A stretch of 64,000 bases of DNA, taken from Octopus sinensis (Eukaryota). A model generated the notes under the pieces. That model saw nothing but the letters and a program-made list of their open reading frames with translations, was not told the DNA's origin and did no database searches. Positions 1-12,330 of this stretch are shown piece after piece. The translations under genes were made by a program, and so were the position numbers. Where the stretch lies: NCBI RefSeq assembly GCF_006345805.1, contig NC_043003.1, positions 108,066,001-108,130,000 on the forward strand. Reading direction: 5' to 3'. The first letter of the stretch is position 1; each line of letters starts with the position of its first letter.

Positions 1-139
1 CAGCCGACGTCGATTTTGAGTAGGGAATGCGCTACTGTACAGCACATACATTTGATTGCTATACACAAACCACTTGTACAGCTTGTTTAGCAAGAAATTC
101 TAGAAACGCCTTTCTTGGACTACAAGAGGCTACCATCAT

Positions 140-169
140 CATATATCATATCATATCATATGTATATAC

Positions 170-235
<66 letters not shown>

Positions 236-278
236 ATATATACATACATACACATACACACACATATATATATATGTG

Positions 279-332
<54 letters not shown>

Positions 333-345
333 AATATATATATAC

Positions 346-410
<65 letters not shown>
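140..410. repeat. (TA)n microsatellite with interruptions
   Basis: Directly visible dinucleotide run; source of the spurious YI-repeat ORFs. Confidence 0.97.
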
Positions 411-412
<2 letters not shown>

Positions 413-637
413 CTGGTGATTGCTCTACATTTAAAAATTGATGTAATATTTGCATTGTTCAATTAAATGGAGTCGCATGAAACCATCGTACTGCATTACC
501 TCTGGATATCCTTGTTGCTTATTTTGATTATAATCACCCCATTTTGAATATATGGATAATACCATACTAAATTCTGGTGCCTTTAACTTAAGTACCATAT
601 TCAACTGAATCTAAATTTTACTGAACCTATATATATA

Positions 638-684
<47 letters not shown>

Positions 685-829
685 ACACTTTGATCTTACC
701 CAAAATGCCGAGAAGCGATATGCATATATATACATACATGTACACACACATATATATATACACGCATGCACACACACGCACATAGTCATGTATGATCGCA
801 CACACATCTACCTCCTATTCTTATTTCTT

Positions 830-1235
830 TATTTCCCACAAGGGGCTAAACATAGAAGGGAAAAACAAGGACAGACAAACGGATTAAGTCGATTACATCG
901 ACCTCAGTGCGGAACTGGTACTTAATTTTATCAACCCCGAAAGGATGAAAGGCAAAGTCGACCTCGGCGGAATTTGAACTCAGAACGTAACAGCAGACAA
1001 AATACCTTTCTTTACTACCCACAAGGGTTAAACACAGAGAGGACAAACAAGGACAGACAAACGGATTAAGTCGGTTATATCGACCCCAGTGCGTAACTGG
1101 TACTTATTTAATCGACTCCGAAAGGATGAAAGGCAAAGTCGACCTCGGCGGAATTTGAACTCAGAACGTAACGGCAGACGAAATACGGCTACGCATTTCG
1201 CCCGGCGTGCTAACGTTTCTGCCAGCTCACTGCCT
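830..1235 (-). mobile_element. tRNA-derived SINE plus tandem partial copy (period about 180 bp)
   Basis: Minus strand reads GGCAGTGAGCTGGCAGAAACGTTAG (A-box-like) and GAGTTCAAATTCC (B-box-like). The body GAAAGGATGAAAGGCAAAGTCGACCTCGGCGGAATTTGAACTCAGAACGTAAC occurs twice (about 940 and 1120). The same family recurs through the window. Confidence 0.85.
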
Positions 1236-1444
1236 TTGTCTAGTTCCTATTCTTGTCAGAGAAATACATAATGCTTTAAAGCTGGCAAAGCAAGTAAAAG
1301 CTCAGGAAAAGATGGCATACCAACAGAAACGCGGAGGGATGGAGGAGAGCAATTGTGGAAAATCCTCATTCTAAGTTACAATTGATATTTGAAAGAGGAC
1401 AAAATACCCTTTCTGTGGAAGGTGTCGAATACTATATTACTTTA

Positions 1445-1480
1445 CTAGCACTATGACCCGGCAACGCTAGTGCATGTATA
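1445..1480 (-). mobile_element. Degenerate Helitron 3' end
   Basis: Minus strand GCGTTGCCGGGTCATAGTGCTAG|T resembles the hairpin+CTAG terminus at 15068. The hairpin is half decayed and the 5' end is not located. Confidence 0.45.
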
Positions 1481-1987
1481 TACAGCTGCGTGCGTGCGCA
1501 CATACACGCGAGTACTGTCCAAATCTCCGACCAATCACGTACAGCTAGCTGGCATCCAATTGGCGTATCACTTCAAAGTGATGCATCAACATGGACGCCG
1601 CCCAAACGCACTGAAACCAGGAAAAAAGGAAAAAAAGAATACATAATTTTATATAAATGTAAATATAAATTTAATTACGAATATATATATATAAATACAT
1701 ACATACACAGATAAATACACACATATATATATGTATATTTAATTACGAAACTTGATTGAAGTTGATCATTTTCGATAGTTAAATTAATGTTAGCGTATTT
1801 AATCTAGTGAGCATCGAAACTCTAATTAGAAATATTTAAGTAGGGAGATCTACTTAATTTGAAAATTAGATAACACACTTAGACACCCCCAACCACTTAC
1901 ATTATATATATATACTTACAGTTACGGTGAAAGTTGTATGCATCAGTGTGTAGGTTCAACATTAAATACTAGAATAATATAGAATAA

Positions 1988-2058
1988 GAAACGTCAAGCA
2001 GACTTTTAAATTCCTTTCTCAAATAGAGAAAGGAAGTTAAAAGTCTGCTTGACGTTTC
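1988..2058. repeat. 33-bp inverted repeat with 5-nt loop
   Basis: 1988-2020 GAAACGTCAAGCAGACTTTTAAATTCCTTTCTC pairs with 2026-2058 with one mismatch. Confidence 0.95.
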
Positions 2059-2084
2059 GAACTTAAGATCTTCTTCAGCATATT
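2051..2084 (-). ncRNA. Minimal hammerhead-like motif (PLE type), stem I decayed
   Basis: Minus strand CTGAAGA-A-GATC-TTAA-GTTC-GAAA-CGT-C: canonical core, short stem II, palindromic ACGT stem III, GUC triplet. Confidence 0.55.
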
Positions 2085-3867
2085 AGATAGTTAAACAATT
2101 TGTGAAAGGGAGAGCTGTGTGCGTGTGTATGTATCAATTATCCTGACATGAAAATGGCTCAAAATCAAAATTCCTATTTTGGGGTGTATTTTAAAGCCAC
2201 AAAAATCAATGTCTGATAATGAGAAAATGATTAAAACCTGAAAATCCTTGGTCATTGATCTCTTGACTATACAACGACAAGAATGTGATTGGCATATGGA
2301 GTCTCATACTTTTATAGATTGAGGGGATCGAAAATAAAAAAAAGTTTCTACTAGTCCCATATTGATAGTTGATGGTACAGCACAATTGCTTTCTGAAGAA
2401 AATTTAATAAAACTAGTAAAATGTCAAAAATAACAATAAACAGTGGTAAACAAAATGAATCACAGGTTGTTTAAATTAGAAGAAAATCTAAGAACGTTCG
2501 CGACAGACGCTTATTGAATTTCACTGGAATAATCTCTATGTGTCATATATGTGTGTACATACATGCAGGCAAACATGCATATATACATATATGCATGCAT
2601 ATATTACGTGTTGAGTATTATTGCTTGTTGAAAATCTCGACTTATGTTAGAGAATCTGATGTTACACGGCAGAGTAATCAATATATTTTAATAAAATACT
2701 GCAACACGTCCACTGCTGCTACACACAGACGCTCACACACAGACACAAACGCGCGCGCGCGCAATTTAACAGTTAATTTTAACTGCTCACTTCATCCTCT
2801 AGGGTACTATAGGTGATCTGTGAAAGCTGCAGCATTATTATGAAATTAACTCATCTTTCGTTCAGGAGATGACTTAGTTCACCTCGCTGTTTGCGGTGTG
2901 ACGTTCTATTTGTGACGGTGAAGTATTAGGTATTGATAGCATCAAGAACTCCCACCACCACCACCACCACCCACTGTACAAACACTCCTGTACATTAGAA
3001 ATAAATGCCGACAAATACATGTCAAGACTTGTAGAAATCAGGTGCCAACGAGTAACAGGTTGAATTAATTGGAGAAAATTGAGGAAATCGTTGATACAAA
3101 TAAGCTATTGAGGTTTTGTATTCGTCTCTGGTATCTTATATTAAGCTAGTTTCTACTTTCATATTAGAAAAGAAAGCGAGATTTAAAACATTATTAAATA
3201 TCTAAAATTAAAACTAAAATTCTTTGAATGCATACGATGCCAAATTGCCACATTCGTGATGAAAATATATGCCAAAAGTTATTGACTTTATAGTATAGGA
3301 AATCGTTATTGACTTTTAATGTTACAAAACTTAGCTGAAGCACTCATAAATTACTGTAGTAGAAACGACGTGAAATACCATAATTATATGAAAATAAATG
3401 AAATGTTTCTACGAACAAAACTCGTTCATGACCTCATCGTGCAAAAGCAATAATTAAAAAAATGAAAGAAACGAAAAGAAAGGGAAAATAAGTAATAATA
3501 AACCTTGTTCAATTGTCAATGTAAATGAGATACAACAAAAGAAATATTTGCTTCAAGTTGTTGAAAAACATTGGATATTAATTTCAAACGCTTACGAAAT
3601 CTCACAGGAAGAAATCTAATTCACATTTCAACAGAACTATTATATTTAATTTTGCGTGCAATTATATGGAGTAGCATTTTTAAAAATCTTATTTTATGAA
3701 AGTTCGAGTTCTTTCTTTTTTTCTCCTTCATGTTTCCTCTTTTGTGCGTGTAAGAGATTAAGTGCATATAGCTGTGTGTATATACAAATTATATTATATA
3801 ATGTACATATTATGTTCTTATGTATATATATAGTTGAAATTTACATAAAAATAAAATATGAAGAGAG

Positions 3868-4007
3868 GTGTATAAACAACAAACAGGTGTATTAGTTTGA
3901 TACTCAGGAAGGTGAGAAAGTCTTTTACGTTTCAAGCCGACGCTCTTCACAAAAAGGAACACGATGAAATAAACAGAGAGGATTATAAAGAAAGAAACCT
4001 TGTGGAT
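3868..4007 (-). mobile_element. PLE pseudo-LTR-like terminal repeat with hammerhead-like motif
   Basis: Minus strand TTGTGAAGAGCGTCGGCTTGAAACGTAAAAGAC, homologous to 34021-34060 and 58303-58340. It lies directly 3' of, and on the same strand as, the PLE at 4008-5945. Confidence 0.7.
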
Positions 4008-5945
4008 TTAGCGGTCAATCATGGTGACTTGTTGGATAAAAATAGTTGACAGGAGAGCTACAAAGAAGGAGAGATAATAAAGTACTACTGATCCCAAAAC
4101 GAAGGTGCGCGTGCATTTGCGTATGTGAGAGTGTGTGTGTGCGTGTGGATCATGGTGTAGGTGCTGGGAAGTGGTCAGTACTAGTGTGGGTACAGTGGTG
4201 TGAGGTGGTGTGATGCGGTGTGGTGGTGTGTGGTGTGTGGTGTGGTATGGGCGGTGGTCCGGGTGGGTGTGGATGTGAGTGTGGGGTGTAGGTTTGAATT
4301 GAGAATGTGGGGTGGAGTGAGAATGTGGGGGTGGGTGAGGATGTGGGGTGGAGTGAGGATGTGGGTGTTGAGGTGGAGGTGTGGAGTAGGGGTTGGGTAT
4401 GTGAACGTGGGATGTGTGGCGGTGGCGGTGGATCGAGGGGGTATTAATAAAGGGAGAAGGTAGATAGGAGTGAAGAGAAGAAGTAGGTATCAAATGAAGA
4501 GAGGTGAAGAGGGGATGGGAGTTGAGCCCATGTGACACAAAGGAACGAAGACAGGAAATTAATACCAGTTCACGGTAAAGGCGGGAGTCCGGATGGCACC
4601 TGTGCAAAGACAGACCGAACACAGACAGGTGTTGTAATGAACGACTGGTAGAGCGGAATTGGCGCGAGACCGGGGTGCCATTGCCGAGTCTAATGTCTCG
4701 GAGGTGCTCCGCGAAACGGTCAGCCAAGCGGCATCCCGTTTGATCGATGTACAGAGAAAGGCAGAACTAGCTGGAGATGCAGTAAAGGACGTTGCTAGAA
4801 GTGGAGGTAAAGGATTCAGTCACATGATAGGGACGATGGAGGGTGCTTGTAAGGATGATGGTGTTGGAGATGTAAGGGCAAGTGCGGCAGCGTGGGCGGG
4901 AGCAGGAGAAAGAGCCAGGTTGGAAGGTGGGGTTAGGGAAGAAGCTATGGACCAAGAGGACACGTAGGTTGTGGGCTTGTTTGAAGGAGAGAAGGGGTAG
5001 GTTGGGGAAGATGTGCGAAGTGGAGAGGTCGGACTTGAGTCGCCTGAAGGTTCGGGGAATGGTGCTTTGGAAGTGCAGGGTGGAGGTGTGGTAGATGAGG
5101 GGAAACGGGAGACAGGCAACGGCGGGGTGGGCGCAGAGAGAGAGAGAGAGCAGAAGTATGTTCTGCGGAACGTGTTCTTGGTAGGTCTGTGTGGATAGCG
5201 GTAAGGGGATATCCCCGAAGGATGAAGTAGCGAGACATGATTTGAGACTGAGTCTCAAAATCAGGGTTGTAACTGCAGAGCCTGCGCGGACGGAAAAATT
5301 GGGAGTAGGGGATGAGGAGCCTAGTGTGAGTAGTGTGGGAGGAGGAGAAGATGAGGTATGAGTGTGAGCTGGTATGCTTGTAGTGGATGAATGTAGTGAG
5401 AGCGGAGTTGTGTATGTTGACCGAAATGTCGAGAAAGGCGACGGAAGTATTGGAAATGGTGCAGGAGAATTCGAGGGTAGGATGGAAGGATTGGAGAAAA
5501 GAGATGAAGGGGTCTAATTGTTCGCGGGTGATCGAGGTCGCACCGATACAATCATCAATATAACGACCGTATAGTTCGAGAGTGAGACCAGTGAATCTTG
5601 AAAATATTTGGGCCACAGCGTAGCCAACGAACAGATATACATAGTTGGGGCCCATTCTTGTTTCCATGGCCACTCCCGAAAACTGTTGGTAAAACTCCCT
5701 CGCAAACGAGAAGCAGTTGAGGGAGAGGACAAGTTCAGCCAGACGAAGAAGTGTGGACGTGTCAGGTAGGGTGTTGGGTCGAACGTCTAGGGAGTGTATG
5801 AGGGCAAGACGTGCGTTGGTCGGAATCACTGCAAATAGGCTCTTGATATCAAGAGTGAAGAGATGTTTATAGGGGCCGAAAGGGAAGAAGAAAGAGTTGA
5901 AAAGACGGAGAGGATGGTTAGTATCGTGGACTTTCCTGTTGATTT
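4008..5945 (-). mobile_element. 5'-truncated Penelope-like retroelement; frameshifted RT + GIY-YIG pseudogene
   Basis: LFTLDIKSLF (RT motif A, about 5860), GVAMETRMGPNY, RYIDDCIG, FLDISV, CSRPRCRTC linker, SSNVLYCIS and DRFAEHLRDIR (GIY-YIG) are spread over three frames in the ORF track. Confidence 0.93.
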
Positions 5946-6487
5946 CAACATCTGGGCATCCATTAGTATATTGAACTAGACAACCTTCACATTAAATAAA
6001 CGCTCAATGTGACTGATTATCCCTCAGGTAAATGTTCATTTAATGAATATATCAATTAGAATCAGCGTGACAGTTTGTGTACATGGATGTATCTTTGAAT
6101 CTTAGGGACAGCCCATCCGACAGGCTTCTCAACTGTTTCCGTTTAACCATGATTAACTCATAAAGCTTAGGTACACTCGAGACCACGGTGAAGCTACTTG
6201 CCCAATACGTCATACTGTAAGATCGAACAGGAAAACTCATATTTGCAAAGTGAACTCCTTAACCATTGAGCCATGTCCGTGGTGCATATGTCTACATACA
6301 TATATGTATACACACACACATACATATAAACACGCTCGAACTTACATATGTAGATATATACATGTATATATATATATATATATATCTATATAGATATATA
6401 TATAGGTATATATATATATATTGTATATATATATATAATATTATATATATATGTATGTATATGTATATCTATATTATTATATATATA

Positions 6488-6525
<38 letters not shown>

Positions 6526-6654
6526 GCACACACAAATATACATACATACGTATATATGTGTTTGTGTGTGTGCGCGCGTGCGTGTGTATATATTAATGCT
6601 TAACTGTATGTCGAATTCTAATATTTTTAATTTGGGTACAGTTACAGAAATTTT

Positions 6655-6835
6655 AAACGGAGGGTAAAGTCGAGTACATCGATTCTGGTGCTTGACTGGT
6701 GCTTATTTTATCGACCTTGAAATTATGATAAGCAAAGGCAACCTCGATAGAATTTGAACCCAAAACGTAATGAGTCAGAGGAAATGCAACTATGCACTTT
6801 TCCGACATGTTAACAAATCTGCCAGCTCACTCGCC
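6655..6835 (-). mobile_element. Degenerate tRNA-derived SINE
   Basis: Diverged copy of the 830-1235 family (GAATTTGAACCCAAAACGTAA ... CTGCCAGCTCAC). Confidence 0.7.
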
Positions 6836-6905
6836 GCTTTTATGTCCAGTTATAACAGCAAAACAAAAATAAACTATTTTGAATTATATTGAAAGATTAT
6901 TCAAT

Positions 6906-6950
6906 ACAGTCTGACGAAGGCAAGTTGACTGAAACGTACAAATCGCTGTC
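6906..6950 (+). ncRNA. Minimal hammerhead-like motif in an orphan pLTR-like remnant
   Basis: CTGACGA-A-GG-CAAGTTGA-CT-GAAA-CGT-A. Canonical core and ACGT palindrome; stems I and II are weak. Confidence 0.45.
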
Positions 6951-7059
6951 ACTCTTCTTGCATAAATATTATAATCCTCCTTCTTTCTTTCCTGTCCAAT
7001 AACACTATACTTGTTCCATGTCCTCGCGTTGTGTTTTCTCTGTTCATGTTCGGATTAAC

Positions 7060-7093
<34 letters not shown>

Positions 7094-7154
7094 TGTATGT
7101 ATGTATGTATGTATGTATGTATGCATGTATGTATGTATGTATATATACATATAC

Positions 7155-7199
<45 letters not shown>

Positions 7200-7252
7200 A
7201 AGAGATAGATAGATAGATAGATAGATAGATAGTTAGATAGATAGATAAAAAT

Positions 7253-7325
<73 letters not shown>
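7060..7325. repeat. Compound microsatellite (ATGT)n(TA)n(GA)n(GATA)n
   Basis: Directly visible. Confidence 0.97.
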
Positions 7326-7374
7326 GGTGCATATACTTGCTAAAATAGAGTTGAAAGAATCACAAGAATATTCA

Positions 7375-8295
7375 CACACAGACTCTCTCACACACACACA
7401 ACTTTCTCTCTCTCTCTCACACACACACAAACTTTCTCTCTCTCTCTCTCACACACACACAAACTTTCTCTCTCTCTCTCTCACACACACACAAACTTCT
7501 TCTCTCTCTCTCACCACACACACACAAACTTTCTCTCTCTCTCTCTCACATACACACAAACTTTCTCTCTCTCTCTCTCACACACACACAAACTTTCTCT
7601 CTCTCTCTCTCACACACACACAAACTTTCTCTCTCTCTCTCTCACACACACACAAACTTTCTCTCTCTCTCTCTCAACACACAAACTTTCTCTCTCTCTC
7701 TCTCACATACACACAAACTTTCTCTCTCTCTCACATACACACCAACTTTCTCTCTCTCTCTTCACACACACACAAACTTTCTCTCTCTCTCTCTCTCACA
7801 CACACACAAACTTCTCTCTCTCTCTCACATACACACAAACTTTCTCTCTCTCTCTCACACACACACAAACTTTCTCTCTCTCTCTCACACACACACAAAC
7901 TTTCTCTCTCTCTCTCACACACACACAAACTTTCTCTCTCTCTCTCTCACACACACACACACTCTCTCTCTCTCTCTCACACACACACAAACTTTCTCTC
8001 TCTCTCTCACACACACACAAACTTTCTCTCTCCTCTCTCACACACACACAAACTTTCTCTCTCTCTCTCTCACATACACACAAACTTTCTCTCTCTCTCT
8101 CTCTCACACACACACAAACTTTCTCTCTCTCTCTCTCACCACACACACAAACTTCTCTCTCTCTCTCTCCACACACACAAACTTTCTCTCTCTCTCCACA
8201 CACACACAAACTTTCTCTCTCTCTCTCACACACACACAAACTTTCTCTCTCTCTCTCACACACACAAACTTTCTCTCTCTCTCTCACACACACAC
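7375..8295. repeat. Minisatellite, unit about 26-30 bp: (CA)n-AAACTT-(TC)n
   Basis: About 30 tandem units with a fixed AAACTTT junction and variable dinucleotide counts. Confidence 0.95.
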
Positions 8296-9346
8296 GTAAA
8301 GCACATTGAAATTGTTGATCTGATTTTTTTGGAAACATTTTTGCATTGGAAAGGTTTTGGTCATAATAATACACTTTGGAACTCATTATCTGCAATGTAA
8401 AAGGAATAGTGAACTTTTGCATTATTAATGTTCTATTCTATATCTTACGGCTTGTGCGGACATTTTTATAATGTTGGTGTGTGTATATGTGTTTGTGTAT
8501 ATGTGTGTGTGTGTGTGTCTGTGTCTGCGTGTCTGTGTATTTGTATATATATTTGCTAGCTCCTGTGGAGGGCTCTTCATTGGGCCTTGGACACAACAAT
8601 GACACTTCATGTATTGAGTACATATTAAATTTTATTAAACTTGACCAACATTTTTCACATCTACACAACTATATCTCACACTATTACTATTCCCCCATTA
8701 CCATCACAACCGTCAATCTACTACCGCCTCTATGCCAGCTATTACTCTCACCCCAGCATGAGGAATAGTAGTAGTGTCACTAAATTGTGAAGTGGGTGCA
8801 AAGTATGACACACTGACACACAGAAATTCGTTTAGGTATTTTATCAATATAGACATACATATACGTATATATATATACGTATATATGGTGGGAAATAAGA
8901 CGAAAGCAAGTTTCTGGGAAGTACAGAAGAGTGACCTGCCCGTGTACAATTCCAGCTGTGGCCAAATTGAGTCACATGTGCTTGCATACGTCTATTTTTG
9001 TCCTTCTGTCCGCAAACGAGTAAGGCTACGTTTCCAAAACGATTTTATTTTATTATGAGGGCAGCGGCTAAAGATTCCACTTTTTAAATTCAAGATCTTG
9101 AGAAGTTTTTAGGATCATTTTACTCTCGGCTTAGCAAAGTGTACTTTGTCTGCTTCCGTTGAGGTATGGCCCAGGTTACCCAAATAGATACTAGTTAACT
9201 TTGTATGTTCTCTTGTCTGTTAATCATCATATGTAGTTGGCTAATGATGTAACGTTCCACATCTCAGGGATCCTAAAAGCGGGCATGTAGCTATATAACC
9301 TGGTCCTAAACCCTCAGTTGCTCCTAAATAATTCCCTGTGTGTGCA

Positions 9347-9378
<32 letters not shown>

Positions 9379-9531
9379 GGGAGAGTACTTGTGTGTCATT
9401 TCTTTCGTTACTACTGCTGTTCCTGTCGCTACTGGAAACCACCTGTTTCATAGACCAAGGCCTCTGCGTTGTATCCACCATTCGCTGTACATGCACACAC
9501 ACACACACATACACACACACACACACGCACA

Positions 9532-9572
<41 letters not shown>

Positions 9573-10724
9573 CAAAATGGCACAAGAAAGTAAAATATCC
9601 GGACAGCTAGGTCATACAAACATGGGACAACAAAACATCCAGATAGACAATACAAAGAAAACAAGGACTGATTATTCGAACTTTTCTTTCCTCAGTCAAG
9701 CACCAGATTCTCCTCGAAATTTCGGCTGATTATACTTGAGATTGCTCCAATCTGGCCGGCCCCAAGGAAAAACTAAGCTAAGAGCATTAGATTCCTTGGA
9801 AGAAAGCAGCGAATGTATAGAAAAACAAGGACGGAAAAAACAATGTTACACAAATACAAATACAATAAAAATAATAATAGGACATAACAACAGGTGTCCT
9901 TCGACTATATACATGTGTGTGTGTGGGGGGGGGTGCTGTGGGTGTGTGCCAGCGCGTGTGTATAAAAAGTAGAAGGCATTAGAACATAGGTCAGCATAAT
10001 AAATGCTGACCTGGGCTAAACAACCAAATACCAAGAGAAGAATAATTACAGTTATATCTTTTAGTGTAGGATGTTGAATTAAAATTGTCTGTTTTTCTTG
10101 TAAGCAAAGTGTTTCGTCAGTATTTCACATCAACCAAAAAGAATCATTTAAGAGTGCATTTTTCTAATTTGCTTGCTGCTTGTATTTTGAAATCGTGAAT
10201 GGAAACAGAATTACAAGACCATAAAAGTCTGAGGTAAAAAAAAAACAAAAAAACATACAGTTTTAGCTAGCAAAAACTGTAGAAGGGCAAAATTGTCGAA
10301 TTTAATTTAGAAACTATAAATAATAGTTAAATTAATTAAGCGGATAATATTTTTGTCGCTTACTAACTCATGATAAACGATTTGTATACAATGACAATAC
10401 AATTTATATAATGTTATTTCTCATATGTGAAAAATTGTTTTATCCAACATCGTGAATAAAAGAATGAAACGCAAAATAATAATAATAATAATAAAACACA
10501 TTAAACCAACCATTTATTGAAGCTTCCTGTGACTTTCCTGAATTCTTTAAAATACCAATTAAATATGTTTTATAAAGATGTTTTTGGTTTAAGTGAGATT
10601 AAATGTTAAGTGAAATTCGATGTCTTTGAAGTTCTTTTCTTTTTCTTGTTGTTGTGGCCGTTGTTGTCGTTGTTATTCTTCTTTGTTGCATAATGTGAAC
10701 TCATTAATCATACTTACTGTTGTT

Positions 10725-10750
10725 TAAATATATATATATATAATATATAT

Positions 10751-10826
<76 letters not shown>

Positions 10827-10831
10827 ATACA

Positions 10832-10877
<46 letters not shown>

Positions 10878-10893
10878 CTATATATATATATAT

Positions 10894-10935
<42 letters not shown>

Positions 10936-11165
10936 CATATATATATATTATTATATATATATATACATACATACATACATAATATACATACATACATACA
11001 TAATATACATACATACATACATACATATATATACATACATACATACACACACACATACATACATACATACATACATACAGACATACATACATACATACAT
11101 ATACATACATACATGCATGCATATATGCATACATACGTACATACATACACACACAACACATATAC
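10725..11165. repeat. (TA)n followed by (ACAT)n microsatellite
   Basis: Directly visible. Confidence 0.97.
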
Positions 11166-11329
11166 GTATGCATCGGCTGAGCTTACAATTCATCTTTATT
11201 GAATTGTTTTAATAATTAAAAATACATTTCCTCCTACCAACAATACACTGTATACTTCTAATGTTTAACTAAGATAATTAAATATTTAAAATTTACAAGT
11301 CTAACGATTCCTCTTTCGTTTAGAAGCAC

Positions 11330-11450
11330 AACTAAAGCATTTTCAACCTCGAGTCTGTCTCAGCTTTTCAGCAACCTTTATCAAACGCATCCTCCAATTC
11401 TTCATTTTCAAATCTGCATCTCTCTTGAAATTCTCTTAATATTTACAACT
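11330..11450 (-). mobile_element. Possible mariner transposase fragment
   Basis: Minus translation RFENEELEDAFDK resembles the mariner linker/HTH2 region (KFEDxELxALLDED); short and decayed. Confidence 0.3.
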
Positions 11451-11689
11451 TCTTACTGAATTTACCCGTGACTCCCAACTTTCCCTATCCACTGTTGTTA
11501 CTCCCGAACCATCGTCGTTTGTTGTTGTAGTTGTTGTTTTTGCTGCTGCAGTCAGAATTTAAGCTTAGTTGCTATTTGTTGCAGGGGGATCGAGTCTGCA
11601 AAGATTCCCTTTTCAGCAAGGAGGTCTGGGAATGTGATACAAAAGCTTACCTTCTTTTGCATGGTTTTCCCTATTTCATCGGATGCTGG

Positions 11690-11995
11690 GGAAGGTGCGT
11701 AGACTAGTAGCTAGTGTGTTGTACCCACGATCTCAATATCGCGGTTTCTATTCCCGGACTATGCGATTCGTTGAATTTGTGAGTATAGCATTTTATTTCA
11801 CGTTGTTCCAGTCCATTCAGCCGTAAATGAACCTAAATAATAGTTGGGAAGTTAACCCTTCTAGGGGCCGGCAAGCTGTTCAGGAGGAGTGGAGGTGTTG
11901 TATTTTCAGTCGCTTGAAAACTGGGATAAGCCCCGGCCTTGTGAGTCCTAGGGCTCATGACAAATCTAAGCCTAAGCAATACAACATTCGGTGGG
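11690..11995 (+). mobile_element. Degenerate tRNA-derived SINE with V-domain-like 3' part
   Basis: Decayed A/B boxes, then CAGTCGCTTG...AAACTGGGATAAGCCCCGGCC similar to V-SINE-type cores; related to 56215-56507. Confidence 0.55.
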
Positions 11996-12169
11996 TGGGA
12001 GATGCTAGAAAAAAGGTGACTCTCAATGTTTGTGACATACAAACACCCACATGCGCACATACGCACAAATGCAAACATAGACATAAACACAGTACAATGT
12101 TTTTATTAAACAGAAACTAATTTTGCGCAATGGTTTATTTCCAATACTTTCTCATTCTTATCTATTCCA

Positions 12170-12330
12170 CATATCAGGCGGCAAAGTCGTTAGAACATCA
12201 GAAAAAATATTTTGCACTGTCTGTTCCGGCCCTTTGTGTTATGAGTTCAAACCCCACCAAGGTTAACATCGCTACCATGATTTCGGTGTCGATGAAATAA
12301 AGTACCAGTCAAGTACTGGGTTCTCCATAA
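12170..12330 (+). mobile_element. Degenerate tRNA-derived SINE
   Basis: GGCGGCAAAGTCGTTAG ... GAGTTCAAACCCC ... GATGAAATAAAGTACCAGT, same family as 830-1235. Confidence 0.7.

Noticed and set aside
27-925. Many YI/HT/CV/MYVC-repeat ORFs here and throughout the ORF track
   Set aside because: Microsatellite translations with no domain signal.
1988-2058. Pre-miRNA-sized hairpin
   Set aside because: One arm is continuous with a PLE-type hammerhead core, so a transposon fold-back origin is more parsimonious. Not excluded without small-RNA data.
7327-8400. 357-aa ORF
   Set aside because: Translation of the (CA)/(TC) minisatellite; the frame is open only because the repeat lacks stops.
9600-9840. 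Repeat-like segment with an AGATTG/CAATCT mini-hairpin, possibly another pLTR remnant
   Set aside because: Only one copy in the window and the core is too decayed to call.
11585-11694. Plus-strand candidate exon with two open frames
   Set aside because: The donor lies in a SINE head, the peptides are unrecognisable, and it overlaps a competing minus-strand candidate.
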